From: Camelus ferus | Lineage: Eukaryota | DNA length: 64,000 nt | NCBI RefSeq assembly: GCF_009834535.1 | Contig: NC_045696.1 | Location: 13,022,001 to 13,086,000 of the forward strand | Reading direction: 5' to 3' | Shown here: piece after piece, positions 10,271 to 23,383 of the stretch | Layout: each line of letters starts with the position of its first letter | Position numbering within the stretch: position 1 is the first letter of the stretch | Program-made: the position numbers and the translations under genes | Notes under the pieces: generated by a model | What the model was told of the DNA's origin: nothing | What the model saw: only the letters and a program-made list of their open reading frames with translations | Databases searched by the model: none

Positions 10271-11279
10271 GTAAGTATACAAGTTTCTTGTTATTGTAAC
10301 TCCAACAATTCATTCTTACTTTCTTTTTTGTACAGGAAACAGCTATTTCAATTCCTAAGTCAGATATAATGCTCAATTATACATTAATTTTAAAATTTGC
10401 CAATTACTATTTTAAGAAAATAAAGCTTAGGAAATCAAAAACAGTGAGAGTTTTTAATATACTGTTTTACTTAAGAAGTTTTCTCCATGTTTAGCATGAT
10501 ATACTATTATATGTAAGATGAGAACTATTTCTGTGTGCTTTTTTATAAAATGATTTATAAATGAAGGATAATTTTACTATCTACCTAATCCTTCATGGTA
10601 AGGATTAAAGAAATTATAAAGCACTTTAATCTCTTTGTGCTGTGTTTGGCATCTATAAAAGCTAATATTCCAGCTGTTAGTTTAAATGAACTGGTAACTT
10701 GTTTTGGTTGATACCAGAACAAACCAGCCAACTTTCTTATTATTCAGCTTTGACTAAATACTTCCCTGCCTTAGAGTATAGCATTTTAGCTCTAGTTATT
10801 ATTCTGTACTGTAATACAGAGATGCTCTTGAGATTGTTGGGTTGAATAGAACTATGGGAAATCTGCATAAACTTGTACTACTGGAGTTCTTACACCTGCT
10901 CCTTGTAGTTCTGTCTTCCTCCTCAGCTAGTGATAATTTATAGCTGCCAGTAGAATTTATCTAGTTTCCGTCCTTCTAAAAACAAACAAAAATGAAAACA
11001 AAACAAAAAAGCCCTTCAGATTGATCAGGTTTGTTTCATCAGTAGCTTTATTTTATGCATGTACTATGCAAATATAATGGAGAATAACTATTACCCTTTA
11101 AAACCATTCTGTTTCCTGACTCACTAGTCTTATATATATTTTTTTGATTGAAGTCAGACATTGGATTGCTGGACAATTGATATTTTTACTGAATTTCAGA
11201 TATCTAAGACGAAGAGGTCTTGCTACTTCCTTTGAACTTTGCTCCCTCTGCCTTTGCCTCAACAGAGAGCAGTGGGAGA

Positions 11280-11535
11280 TGCAGTGGTTCAAAGGATGGG
11301 ATTCCGAACCACACTCCCATCTGTGGCACTTTGCAACTCTGGGCAGGCTATTTAATTTCTCTGCCCCTCAGGTTTCTCCCCTGTAAAATGGGATAAAACT
11401 AGCTCTTACTTTATAGAGTGGGTGTTCATTTATGAAGATTAAATGAGTTAGTACATCTAAGAGCTTAGAAAAGTGCCTGACACATAGTAAGCACTCAATA
11501 AATGCTGCCTTTTTCTTCTTATTATTGCTGTACTA
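11280..11535 (+). mobile_element. MIR SINE
   Basis: Core cctcaggtttctcccctgtaaaatgggataa...gaagattaaatgag...agtgcctgacacatagtaagcactcaataaatg. Confidence 0.9.
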
Positions 11536-13949
11536 TTATTTATCAAATTCCTGTTTTCTCTCCTTTAATTGCTTCTTTCCTAGTGTCTCTGCCTATAACT
11601 GTAAGCTCTGGGTTTGGACCTCACCCTTATATTGCCCCTCTCATTACAGTAAGTTTCCTTTCATATGGTCAATGCAGTAACTCCTGGTTAATTTCTAATA
11701 CAAAGGAATGTTTGGTTTCCCAGCAGTTTTTATGAAATAGAAACCAGGGTGATCAGTACCCTATTTACCTGCGGTATTAACTTGGACTCTCTGCAAGAAC
11801 AGAAACCATCTGAAACATGAATTATTGAATGAACAAATGAATGAATGAATGAATTTGTTGTAAGGATTTACATGTGTCTCAATTAGAAGCCAAAGAATGG
11901 AGGCAGGCCTTGTAAATAGCATAGTGTAAGAGGTGGAAAACTGCCAGGAACCCAGAGAATCTTCTCTCTCAGCTCACCTGAGAGAGCACCTGCTCACCCT
12001 CCACACCGCAGGATGGCTCTGTGTGCTGCCAAGCGTGTATGGAAGAGTGGCTACAGCACAGCTCTGGGACAGGTCCATTCTCCTCCAGGACCAGTCCAGG
12101 TGGAGATCACTGTTTTAATCAGTTCTAAATTCCCAAGGAGGAGAGCATCTCTTTGGCCTGTTTTGGCTCAGGTGTCCTCCTCTGGGACTAGAGCGCAGGA
12201 ATGAACAGCAGAAACGTGGCTGCCAAGATCCCACCTCTCTGGGCAGGTAAAGCAGACGAGTCTGCTCACCCAGATGTGTGCCAGTCTGAAGTCAGCCTCT
12301 TTCCTCTTCCAAGATATCCCTAGAGGAGACACGTTAGAATTTTTAAAAAATCTGAGTGACTTGCTTTCTGTTTCAGCTTCCTTGAATTAATCCTGTTCTC
12401 AGTTCTAGTGATTTATACAGGCACACTCCACTTGCAGAGTATAAGGGGCACGTTATAAATTTCAGTCCTGCCACAGACATCGCTTTCAGATGAATAAGCA
12501 GAAAATGTGGTACTTTTTAGCTAATAAGAATAAGAATAAGCTGGCCCTTTTCCTGAAGTAAGAGAATTTGATGCTTAAGATAGTAATTACATTAAGATGC
12601 CTGCTTAGAACTTAGACCCTGGTTATTGGGTGATGTTATGGACCTTGTTGTCTTTTGGTAAAGAGGAAATTTACCCCCACACTTCTGTCACAGACACCTG
12701 TTTAGTTGTATGGAGAGTTCGGAATATGGAGGAGTGTGATAGATTTTTTTTTTTGATCAAGGTGTCACTTTTGGAAGCATGGCCAGTAGACAAGCAGTGT
12801 TTCCCAGTCTCTATGGTCTGTGTGGGATTTTAGCAGACCTACTTAATGGAAATTATGTTGTTTCATAATTAGGATTCATTTTAATACAACTGGTGATTGA
12901 TTGGATTAACATTAATAAATTCACAGTGTGCCCTGTCTGGTAATATTTGGGCAGAGGGCCCCATATTTTTGTAAGCTTTGGTCTTTGGCTATTGACTCTG
13001 AACTTTTTGTAGCTAGTCCTTAGAGTAATAGCCTAATAGATTGTGGATGGATCAACACATGAAAAAAACGTTTTGATTATAGTAAGAATAATGACTTGAA
13101 AATGTCTTAAAGGTGGGTCAATAGGATAATTATCATGTATAAAGGGTGCTTTTATGGTGCTCCCTTAAGTCAAAGGGAGCTGTTAGTTCAAAATACGGAG
13201 TTTTATTTCTCAACAAGAAGTTCTATCAGCCTAACAGAACCTTTGAAGAAAAGGAAAGGCATGTATTTGGTTGATAAATTGATGGTATTGACTTTTAACA
13301 TTTATTTTGAATTTGATAGTATTTTAGAGGTTAGACATTAATTCAGCATTGCTTTTACTGTAAGGATTGAATATATGTAATCTATAGCCCAAAAACATGA
13401 CTTTTTTTTTTTAACCAATAAATGTAAGATCTTGAACAAAGTTCAAGATTCATTCAACTGCTCTTATGTGTTTGGCATATAAAGCCTTTGTCTTTATAGG
13501 ATTCTTTATAAGGTCCATGTTTATTCTTTTATGTAAGATTAATTCAGAAGTTAGAAAATATGTGTCTTTGATACCATTTTGTCCTCAAAGGTAACCTTGA
13601 AATGAACCTTGCTTTTTAAAGAAAAAAAAAATTACCAAAATGTATTTCTCTTAGAAGAAGATATTGCTTGATATCAGCTTGTAAGTGATCAGAAGTTACA
13701 GTATTCACAAGCTCTTGAACTCAGGGTTGAGGTGTTCACACACCATTTTGTTTCATTCTATTATGATGGTATAGGAGGAAAACGACCTCATCTGTCTTTT
13801 AGTGTTTTGCATTTTTGTGAAGATTGTATTATTATCTCATTAAAAATACACCTTTTCTGGTCACATTCTACTGGCTGCTCTAGCTACATGTGCACTGCCA
13901 TCTCCAAACACTCCAGTGGGCCCTCCTGGAACCTGCTGTCCCCCACTCT

Positions 13950-14125
13950 GTGAGGCCCTTGAAATGTGGTCTGTGTACCACTGGCATCAGTTATCCAGGG
14001 GGCCCCCCTTCAAAATACACTCTCCCCAGTCCCATCCCGACCTATGGGAGGGGCCCAGGAACATGCATTTTAAAAAAGTTTCCAGGGTAAATCTTTATTA
14101 TGCACATTAAATTTTGAGAACTTAC
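13950..14125. mobile_element. MER5-like hAT-Charlie DNA transposon remnant
   Basis: ggggcccaggaacatgcattttaaaaaagtttccagg...atgcacattaaattttgagaac. Confidence 0.7.
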
Positions 14126-14539
14126 TTCAGTAGAACTCAGAAGTCACATGGAGGCTTTGGAGTCGAAAGGCTGGAAATTCTGCCTGGCCACTTGGTAGCT
14201 TCATGGTCTGGAGGAATAATTTCACCTCCAATACCCAGTTTCCTCATTGGTAATACGGAGATAAGAATCCGTCTATCAGGTCTGGTGCAAGGCTCAGATG
14301 CCACTAGGGATGGGAAGCCTTTTGTGTTCCCAGCACATATTCAGGGCACAGGAAGCGCTAGTAGTTGTGTTTTCTGTAAGCATCTGCTGGTCGCTGCATA
14401 TTAAATGTACAGGGTACTAGGAAATCAAAGATCAATGATACATGGTACTTGCCAGTAAAATGCTTTTAGTCTCATAGGAAGCCAGGTTTATGTGTGTTCA
14501 TTGTTTCTTGAGACTCATCTTCCTCTTCCCCATTCTAAA

Positions 14540-17170
14540 AATTTCACGCTTTCAGCAGAGCTAAATGAACAGTGCAGTAAAGGACCATATACTCCCCAGG
14601 TAGATTCACCAGTTACTGACATTCTCCCACATTTGTTTTCTCTCTCTTTCTGTGGGTCTTGGTCTCTGTCTCTCTGCTCGGGTGTGTGTCCCCCTGCTCC
14701 GGTTGATTGGTCTTTGTCCCTGTTCCTGTGGGTCAGTCTTGGTCTCTTTTTAACCACAGTGGAGTGAGCTTGGTCTCACTGTCTTTCTTCTCTGACTCTG
14801 TCGCTCTCCTGTAATTTTCTGAATCATTTGAAACCTGCCACATTATAATATTTCACCCCTAATTGCTTAAATATGCATCTCCTAGAAATAGACATTCTTA
14901 TATATCTTTATCACATTTATTTACAAGTATCTTTATCACATCTGAGAAAATTAATACATTTTTGATATCATATGTAGTCCCTATTCAAATTACCCTAATT
15001 GTTCCTAAAATATATTACATCTATGTGATTTTTCTTTTTTCTTTTCAGACTAGGATCCGGTCCTCACATGACACATTTGGTTCTGCCTTTTTGGTTTCCT
15101 AAATAGAATAAATCTGCCTCCCCTCTCATTTTTTTTTTTTTTTAAATGACAGTAACTTTTTGAAGAGTCCAGGCCAGATTTCTCTTAAAAGTCCTGCTTT
15201 TTATGTTTGTCTGATTGTTTCCCCTTGGTTTTATTGAACTCCTTCCTCCACTCCCTGTGTTTCGTGTAAACTGCAAAAAGGAGAGTTCTGCGGCTGAGAT
15301 TAAACTTTTATCGGTGTGTCCTTGGTACTGCATCACTTGGGGAGGCGCAGTGTCAGGGTGTCCCACCTGAGCACCCTCGAGTTGCCAGATCATTTTCAAA
15401 AAAATTTCTTTTGCTTTTGTAATTGTTTAGTAATCTCTGTGTGTTCATTAGGGCCTTTGCGAATATCCAGTTCCCCAGTACCTTTGGTTTTAAGCACACG
15501 TTGATGGCCTTTACAAGTCGGGGCTGCAGAATTGTGGTTTTTCAAATGCTGTCTTTCCACTTACATTTATTGGTATTCGTCTTTAAAAAGAATTTTCCTT
15601 CCCTCCTCTTCTCCCTCCCTCCCAACACACCTCTTCTGTGTCACTGTGTTCCAGTGGATTAATTTTTTTCTAATTTAATTTTTTAAACTTATAATGGTTA
15701 TTGGTCTTCTTGATGTTGACATTTTTTTTCAAACATGGCCAGGGAGAGCCAGCCCCCCTCAGCCAGCTGCTGTGTGCTTTTGACATGACCCTATTAGTGT
15801 TTCGGTGCCGCCTAGAACAGCATGTCATAGGCTCACCTTGTACCTCTCTTGTCCTAAGATTGGGAATCATGCTTTCTCTAAAAGTCCCGGGTTTCTTATA
15901 ACATGTATTAGACACTAGGAAGCATGCTTGCTCCTGGAAATGTTGGGAAATTGTGCGTGTGTGTGTGTGTGTGTGTGTGTATAAAATCTTGAGTGCAGTC
16001 AGTATGTATATCATTCTTCAATAAATAAAAGTGTTAGAAATCATGAGTTCATGCAGATATTTCCAATCAAAATTTAATTGTACAGAGCTTTTGTCTTTTT
16101 ACTTCTTTTATATATTTATGTTTTATCTCTTTTCATTATAGGGAAAATCTTGGCTTCCAATTATATTAATGTATTTATTATTTGATAAATACATATATAT
16201 ATCCTATATATGTTGTAAAGTTATAATGTCAATATTCTATTAATAATAAATTGAGTAAAATGTAAGATTTCTTTGCTTTTTTCTTTGTCCCTAAATGTAT
16301 ATACCATAGTACTGAAGTTTAAAGTTTAGAAGTTATTCAAAGTAATTCTTTGTTTATGTTAGCAATTTGATATACTGTGAACTTGTTTCTATTTCTGTTA
16401 CTGGGATTTACTCTTCACATTTTTAAGTTTAATTTTTGAATATGTAAAATGTCTACATGGTTTAAAAGTTAAAACTGTGTTTAAAAAAAGTTATTCCAAA
16501 GTCTTGGATCTCATCTTCTCCCTGTCCCCTATTCATAGCTATAACACTTCTCATTAATTCCTAGATTTTTTTTTCTTGTATTTCTTTTCTAAAAGCAAGT
16601 TAATATTTTATGTGTATTTTCATTACCCTTTCTGCTACAGAGAAGTATTCTATATATATACCGTTGTGTATTTTACCGTTTTCACTTAAGTGATTTCCAG
16701 GAAGTGCTTTTCTTAGTTCGAAGTGGTTGTCGTTCTTGCTAAAGCTCCCTAGTGCTCAGTTGTGGCTGCAGCACAGTTAATCCAAACCAGTCTCTTATTG
16801 GACATTTGGGATACTGTAGTTAGTAACTTTGTACCTTGTTTATTTTAGCGTTTAATAAGATGTGTCTTTAAGACAGATTCCTAGAAGCAGGATTGTTGGA
16901 TCAAGAACAAATATATATGCAATTTTGTTAGGTATTATTGAATTCCTTTCAGTAGGGGTTATGGCATTTTGCTTTCCCACCAGCAAAAATAATGCGTGTC
17001 TGCCCACAACCAAGGCAGAGAGTTTGTTGTCTGCTTTTGTTTTTTCCGTAGTCTGACTGAGAGGATTGGTATCTTATGGTAGCTTTTATTTTATCTCTCT
17101 ATGAATGAAATTGAGCACTTTTATTCATATTTTTAAGACTCATTTATGTATTTCTATGAACTGTCTGTGC
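14540..17170 (-). mobile_element. Ancient LINE-1 (L1MC/L1ME-like) fragments, with (GT)12 at 15957-15980
   Basis: Degenerate L1 3' motifs (atttcacccctaa, gaagagtccaggccag, gattcctagaagcaggattgttggatcaa, ttcccaccagca). Confidence 0.65.
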
Positions 17171-19324
17171 AGAGGTTTTGCGTCATAAGGGACTATTAGT
17201 CATCACTTTCTAGCTGTGAGTCTCTAACCTAAAATAAATTGTCACTGTCATCTGGCTTTCTTGGTGCCAAATTCTTCCACTCCTAATCTTTATTGGGTGA
17301 GTTATATTTGGAATCTTTTTTTAAAAAAAACTCTTATATTTGAATGAATATTGTACACTAGCTGTTGAAAATATGGATTTGGGTGTACATTTATTTTCTT
17401 GCCATAAAATACAGAATAGTACCAGGATTCATTTTTAAAAAATAGATCTGTGATTAAAGCCACAGGACTTCGTACTTGAGATTCATAGGGTTGCATTTTA
17501 AGAAAATTCAAGTATATTGTAGAAATAGGGAGCAGGACACTGGTAGTATGTTTGGGAGGTGTCTTTAATAATGATATCATGAAGTGATTAAGTTGAATTA
17601 CTTTTATTAAACTGAGTGCTATTGAAGTAAATCTGTGTTTTAAAATTAGAGTAAAATGGAAAAATCAGCTAACTGCCTGGAAACTTAACCCTTGTAGGAG
17701 TTAGCTTAAAGTACAGAGGAACAGAAGGGAGCATTTAATTTATAGAAATAATCATGGTAGACTTTCAGGGTTGGACCTGTTGGTTTTAATTGTTATGAAG
17801 AAGCAAGCCATCTTGTATGGGACATACTTAGAGTACAGTGGTGTCATCTTTTATTTAGGAGAGTGGTAGTGAGAATATTTTAAGATTGTATTAATATTAT
17901 CAAAAGATACAGAAGTTATAAAGTCATCTTCATAGTATCTGTAGGTTAAGTAGTAGTTCTGATTTCTGGGAGGAAGTTCAAATATTCATTATTTTGCTTA
18001 ACCATATTTAATTTAAAAGACCAGCCAACAGTTGAAAGTTTGTCTATTGCTACTTAGGGCCGAGATTCATCCCAACTTTGTAAGAGGAGTCTCTGGCTGA
18101 ATATTGATGTGACTGAGGAAAACGTTTCTTATTTTCTTCTGGAAGCTTTGTTTCCATGCTCATTTGGAATGGCTGCTGAAGGGCCATACAGAGAAGTGGG
18201 TGCTGATTGCATTAAATATATTTATTCTCTGACCAGGTGGTGGGCACTGTTTGCCCTACAAGCCCAGCAGACTCATTTTATTTGAAGGCTACAGCTGACA
18301 AACTTTCTGTACAGAAAAATGTACTTGCTGAACATTGATCCTGCTTTTATTTATTTTGTGTATATGTATATTTTTTCTTGGCCTCTACCTATTTTTTCAA
18401 ACTACAACAACTTGGAGAATACCTTGCAGTATAAAATTTAGTGCTTTATATTCATTGACATTTTCTCAAAATATTAGATGGCCTTAAATTATTTAAAAAC
18501 TACCAATAATTGGATTTACACAGAATTTTATAGAAAAACCTTTATATAAAACTGTAGTAGTACTTTTGTGCAAAGCAAATTTCTTTTTACCCTTTTAGCC
18601 ATTTCTGTCCCAGAAAAGAATCTATTTAGAGGTTGGCCATTGTAGATGGTTACTATGAAATAACCTGTGTAAATGTTAACTGGCAACATTCAACAGCTCA
18701 GCTCTCCAGAAACCTGCCAACAAGCAGAAAGCTAAGAGAGTTGTCACACATTGCACAAGAGAAATCTTTGACCCTCTATCAACATTTATTTACTCTTACC
18801 TTATAAACAGCTGGATCATTTGGTTTTCTAGCTTGTACTAGCTTAGGAGCGCAGCCGTTGTGGAATGGGAAGGATGAGGTGGGGCATTGGTAGAAAACGA
18901 TGTGCTGTCAGGGTGACCGTGGTGGACAGAAAGGCAGGAACCAGGAAAATTTGAAAAAAATTCTGTGGGCAGACTTTCCTGCAGGGATAAATTTTAAAGT
19001 GAAAATAATAACAGCATGAATAACAGTAATAATTAACAAATACAAATCACCCCCCCCCCCCAATTCTTCACACTTCACCCACTAGGTCACCCACTAGCTT
19101 TCTGACTCTGGGATTTTAAACTCTGAATCCCATCTATAAAATGGGTTTGATATTCCTGAAATCAAAGCCATTATGAGGACTGTAGCTAAGATTGTGTATT
19201 TGAAAACATTTAACACAGTATCTGGCACAGAGTAAATGCCCAGCAAATGTCAGTCATTATTATAGTCTTGCAGGAGTAATGATCTCTGCGGTTGTGCCTT
19301 TTGAGGCCATATTTTCCATCCGAA

Positions 19325-19637
19325 AAGTCCACCCTTGTTTATCTGCAGTCCACAAATCCAGAAAGCTCTAAGATTGTGCATGTTTGTCACAAACAGTTTT
19401 GACCAAAAACCTGACAGACTGACATCAGGTTGTGGAGAGTCTTTATTTACCCTGCTTTGTGCATTGCTATTTTAATGTGTTTTATTTAGAAACAGAAAGG
19501 TGTTTGATAGTGGGGTACTGCCTGGAGACCCTGCTAGAGACATTATGTGTGCATCCATATTTTCTTTCTAAAATCTGAAAAACTCTGAATCCCAAGGTAC
19601 ATGTATCTGAATTTGGGGTGAGGGGGTGATGGACATG
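19325..19637. mobile_element. MER46C-like TcMar-Tigger DNA transposon remnant
   Basis: gtccac...aatccagaaagctct...aaaacctgac...tttctaaaatctgaaaaactctgaat...tggacatg, with degenerate inverted termini. Confidence 0.6.
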
Positions 19638-19790
19638 ACGTATTTAATACATTTTTGAGTTGAGTTGACAGGAGAAAGTCCATGTGCTCTTATTTAACGA
19701 GAAGACGCCGTGGAGGTGAGTGTGTGAGCACCTGAGGGATGCTGACAGAGCTCAGAATCACAACTCACTGTGTCTCTTTCGCCCTGGCAG

Positions 19791-20201
19791 CAAAACGAAA
19801 AGGAGAGCTTGCTGAAGGAAAGGGATCACATTTTGTCAACTCTGGGCGAGACGAAGCAGAACCTGACCGGACTTTGCCAGCAAGTCTGCAAGGAAGCAGC
19901 TCTGAGTCCAGAGCAGATACAGATACTCGCCAAGTACTCGGCCTCCGACTGCCCACTTTCCTTTTTAATTTCCGAGAAAGGAAAGAGCCCTCCTGATGGG
20001 GAGCTTGCGTTGCCGTCGATTCTGAGTTTACCTGAAGGGCCTGTGGCCGCCGGGGAACCAGGCCCTCGCCTCCCCAGCGCCAAGGCCAAGGCCGACGAGG
20101 CCCCCCCGGAGCAGGCCACGCCCAGGGAGCCCTGTCGCCAGGGCGGTGGCATCTCGGATTTCTGTCAGCAGATGACCGACAAATGTACTACTGATGAGTA
20201 A
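19791..20201 (+). CDS. BACH1: BACH1 last coding exon (leucine zipper, last CP motif, C-terminal cytoplasmic localisation signal), 136 aa + stop
   Basis: Acceptor tctctttcgccctggcag|CAA; QNEKESLLKERDHILSTLGETKQNLTGLC...DCPLSFL...GISDFCQQMTDKCTTDE-TAA matches the BACH1 C-terminus. Confidence 0.97.
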   Translation, partial: QNEKESLLKERDHILSTLGETKQNLTGLCQQVCKEAALSPEQIQILAKYSASDCPLSFLISEKGKSPPDGELALPSILSLPEGPVAAGEPGPRLPSAKAKADEAPPEQATPREPCRQGGGISDFCQQMTDKCTTDE

Positions 20202-22024
20202 CCCTATGTCCGCGTCCTTCACACCAGCTCAGTTTCTACTGAAATTCGGACATTGTCTTGAAAGCCTAGGACAGCCCTTGGCTCTTAGCAGTGTTGTTTC
20301 CTCCCCTCTCCTTGCTGTTAAGGGCACCTCTCTGCAGTCCGCCCTTGACTTTTCCTCGGTTCCCGCAGGAGATGCAGAAATGACTTGCCTCCTGGATGCC
20401 AAAAAAATCACACGTGAAAATGTAGAAAAGTTTCGAAAACTCATGTTTTTAAAGAATAATAGCTATAAATAATAACTCTAGCCAGTGTTCAGAATAAACG
20501 AAAACTGCAGCGTATCCAACCACAGTTAAACAGTGTGAAGTGTCTGCAGATAGTTTCTGTGAAGGAAGCAACCCGCAAAAGTTTAATAATGCGACGCTCT
20601 CACAGTGCACTGGTTTAAAAGGAAATTTCTCGCCAGGTAACGCTGAAAGAGCTCAGGCCTGCTGAGAAGTCGGGTGTCAGCATTGGGCTTGTTTGCGTAG
20701 AACTGCGGTGTGGAAAAGATAAAGGAAACGCCTTGCCTGAGTCCTGGCGCTTTGCTCTTCAGCTCCTGCTGAAACCAGGAATGGGTCGGCCTGTGTTGTG
20801 CTCCTGGGTCCCGGAATAGTTAGGGAACAGGCAGGCGGGTGGCCTCCAGCAGGGACTTCTGTTCCTCCTCAACATTGTAAAAGAGTTCTGGCTGCGTCAG
20901 CAGTAGATAAGTGTCATTTCCCTCTTTTCTTTTTTTCTCTTCAGTCTCTTCCACATCTGGGTCCGTCATGATCTTTCTGTTTCCTGGCATTCTTGTCCCT
21001 TTGGAAGAAGAAATAGGACTCAGGGTACGGTGGCTTGAGCGCACACATTGGCAATACCGTCTTATCCCCTCCTAGAATCCTGGAGAGCTCACCAAAATAC
21101 AGGAGTGTTTGCCTGCCCAGCAGAGGTCACCCACATGAGAAAACCAGATATCACAGGAGAAAAAAATTGTCTACATTTATCAGGAGTGGCAGTTCATTTT
21201 TCATCCGTTTTTGAAGCCCTATGGTTTATTTGTAAAAATGCATTATTACTGTGCAGGTTTGTGAAATAGGATGAAGTTTGATCTTGTTCCATTGTGGGTT
21301 TAAATTTGGAAGCCAGATTTAATCTTGCTCGCTTCCCCAAATCTCGTGTATAAGGGCACACAAATCATTTTGGACTTGGGCATTTTAAAATCAGTCTTTG
21401 TGTTTATTCAGTCCTGCTTTAAAATAGTTTTTTTTTATAATCTGAGCACCTACCCTGTAACATTTTGCAGTGGTTCTTAGCCATTCCGCTGTTACCGACT
21501 TGTTTGGGAGTCAAATGAAAGCTATGGACCTCTGAACAATGCAAAAAAATTGCATATTCACAGAAACATTTGCAGAACCTAGTTTGAAAGGATACAAGGG
21601 AGTAATTTATAGTGTTTGGGTAGAAAGTACTTCATTTCACCAAGATCAAACAACCTGAGAGAGAGACTTTTCTAAATGGCGTCCTGAGTCTAGTGAAGGG
21701 CTTGTGTAGTTAATGGGGGAGCCAGCCGTCTGCCCTGCAGGAATGGGTCTAAGCAAGTCGGCCTTTCCTGGCAGAGTGTATGGGGACCAGACTCCATATT
21801 TCAGAGTAATTTGTCAAATGTTACCCTTTTTCTTGGTCAGGTGGTGTTAGGGAAGGTTGCTACTGTATTTTCAGTGGTCTGTATGTTATCTGTTATCGAC
21901 TTAGTTGTTGTAAGAGAAAACTAGTTGGGCTTGTTTATTTTCTAGAAGCTTTTATAAGTACACTCAAGAATTTGTCAGGGAGAATGATAATCCTATGATA
22001 ATGTATCCCATACTACAGAAGATT

Positions 22025-22053
22025 TGTGTGTGTGTGTGTGTGTCTGTGTGTGT
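22025..22053 (+). repeat. (TG)n microsatellite in the BACH1 3'UTR
   Basis: TG run with one TC interruption. Confidence 0.95.
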
Positions 22054-22181
22054 AACCCCATGTAGCTATTTCTCTGATACTTGTAATTTTAAATTTTAAC
22101 TTCAAAGTATAAAATAATATAAAACCTTTTCTGGTTTACAAATTGTAAAATCTTATACAAGCCAATGGACTCCTTGATTTC

Positions 22182-22189
22182 CTACCTCA
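22182..22189 (+). promoter_or_regulatory. let-7 8mer seed site
   Basis: CTACCTCA; BACH1 is an established let-7 target. Confidence 0.8.
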
Positions 22190-22382
22190 GTGTACACTTG
22201 GCTGTTTGTCATATCCGTTCGTGTATGTGCAAATGTCAAGTAATCTTTTGCTTTAATTGCTACTGTAAATAATTGCTTTGAAAGATTACTTCCTATTTTA
22301 TGATAAAACCTAGCTGTCTCCAGAATTTAAATATGACTTCTAGAGCACTTGGTTTAAATTTCTCTCTACATATAAACAGTTT

Positions 22383-22390
22383 AGCATTAA
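22383..22390 (+). promoter_or_regulatory. miR-155 8mer seed site (further sites AGCATTA 22604-22610, GCATTAA 23105-23111)
   Basis: AGCATTAA; BACH1 is an established miR-155 target. Confidence 0.8.
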
Positions 22391-22485
22391 GGGTTTATTT
22401 TAATGGTATTCTGATTATTGGCCAAGTGAAATATTTCATAAAATATTGCATTACTTTTCATAGCCAGCATGTAATACAAGGAACT

Positions 22486-22496
22486 ACACTACCTCA
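22486..22496 (+). promoter_or_regulatory. Overlapping miR-142-3p / miR-196 / let-7 seed sites
   Basis: ACACTACCTCA contains ACACTAC, ACTACCT and CTACCTCA. Confidence 0.75.
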
Positions 22497-23232
22497 TACC
22501 TACATGATTTTCAAATTGTAATCCAGAGGGACAGAGAGAGAAAAAAAATTTTTTTATCTTTGTCTTTTGGCCATAAAGTGGGGAAAGTTTTTATATATCG
22601 CATAGCATTATACACTTACGCCTATTTTACCATTAACTTCTAAAGAAGGTTTTTTTTATAAGGAAATTTAAGTTGATTTTTTTTTTTTTGAGGCTGCCGA
22701 GACAAATGACAGGATTATGTGTATACAGTGTATATCTTTTCCTTCATGCAGAATTTTGGCAAGGTGGTTTTCAGTTTGTAGATTGCATATTCACATGATC
22801 GTTGTTCTTTATTTTATGAGTTAGTCTTCTCACTGCTTGATGATTTCTAAAAAGCTGTTAGGTCTAACTCAGTAAAATAACCTTACCTTAAGATTTTATT
22901 TTTTCGTTATTTGAATCCTGCAGCTATGGCAAATAATTTGCTGTTAAATTGTTACATTCAAAACAAATATGATATAAATCTTAGTTCTCCATCTGTACCT
23001 TTTATCACGTAATTTACTATAGCTTAATGCTTAACTAATTTAAAATGAGGAATCAGACATATTTGATGCAGTAGACGATACAGGTTGCATGTGGACACTC
23101 AGCCGCATTAACAACTTGGGAAAATAATTTTAAAATGGGCAATGTTATAATGAATTCTCAGGTGAACTTTTTTCAGTTATGAAACATCTATTTTGAATTT
23201 GTAAATATTTTAAGTGTTTTATTAAGGCATGT

Positions 23233-23383
23233 AATAAACTATTCTTTGAAACCTGTTGGGCAGAATGAAAATGTAAAGCCATAATGGTAAAAGATGGCAT
23301 ACTGATTGTAAAATAAACAAATAATAACAGCTATTGATTTTTTTTGTATCTTTCATAATATAATTTTCTAACAATGCAATAAA
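23233..23383 (+). terminator. Polyadenylation signal cluster (AATAAA at 23233, 23312, 23378)
   Basis: Three canonical hexamers at the end of the AU-rich UTR. The 23378 site (caatgcAATAAAaccactaaa) resembles the recalled BACH1 mRNA end. Confidence 0.7.

Noticed and set aside
19739..20472. Alternative-frame and antisense ORFs around the last BACH1 exon
   Set aside because: Explained by GC-rich coding sequence; the 19770 start of the track ORF is intronic.
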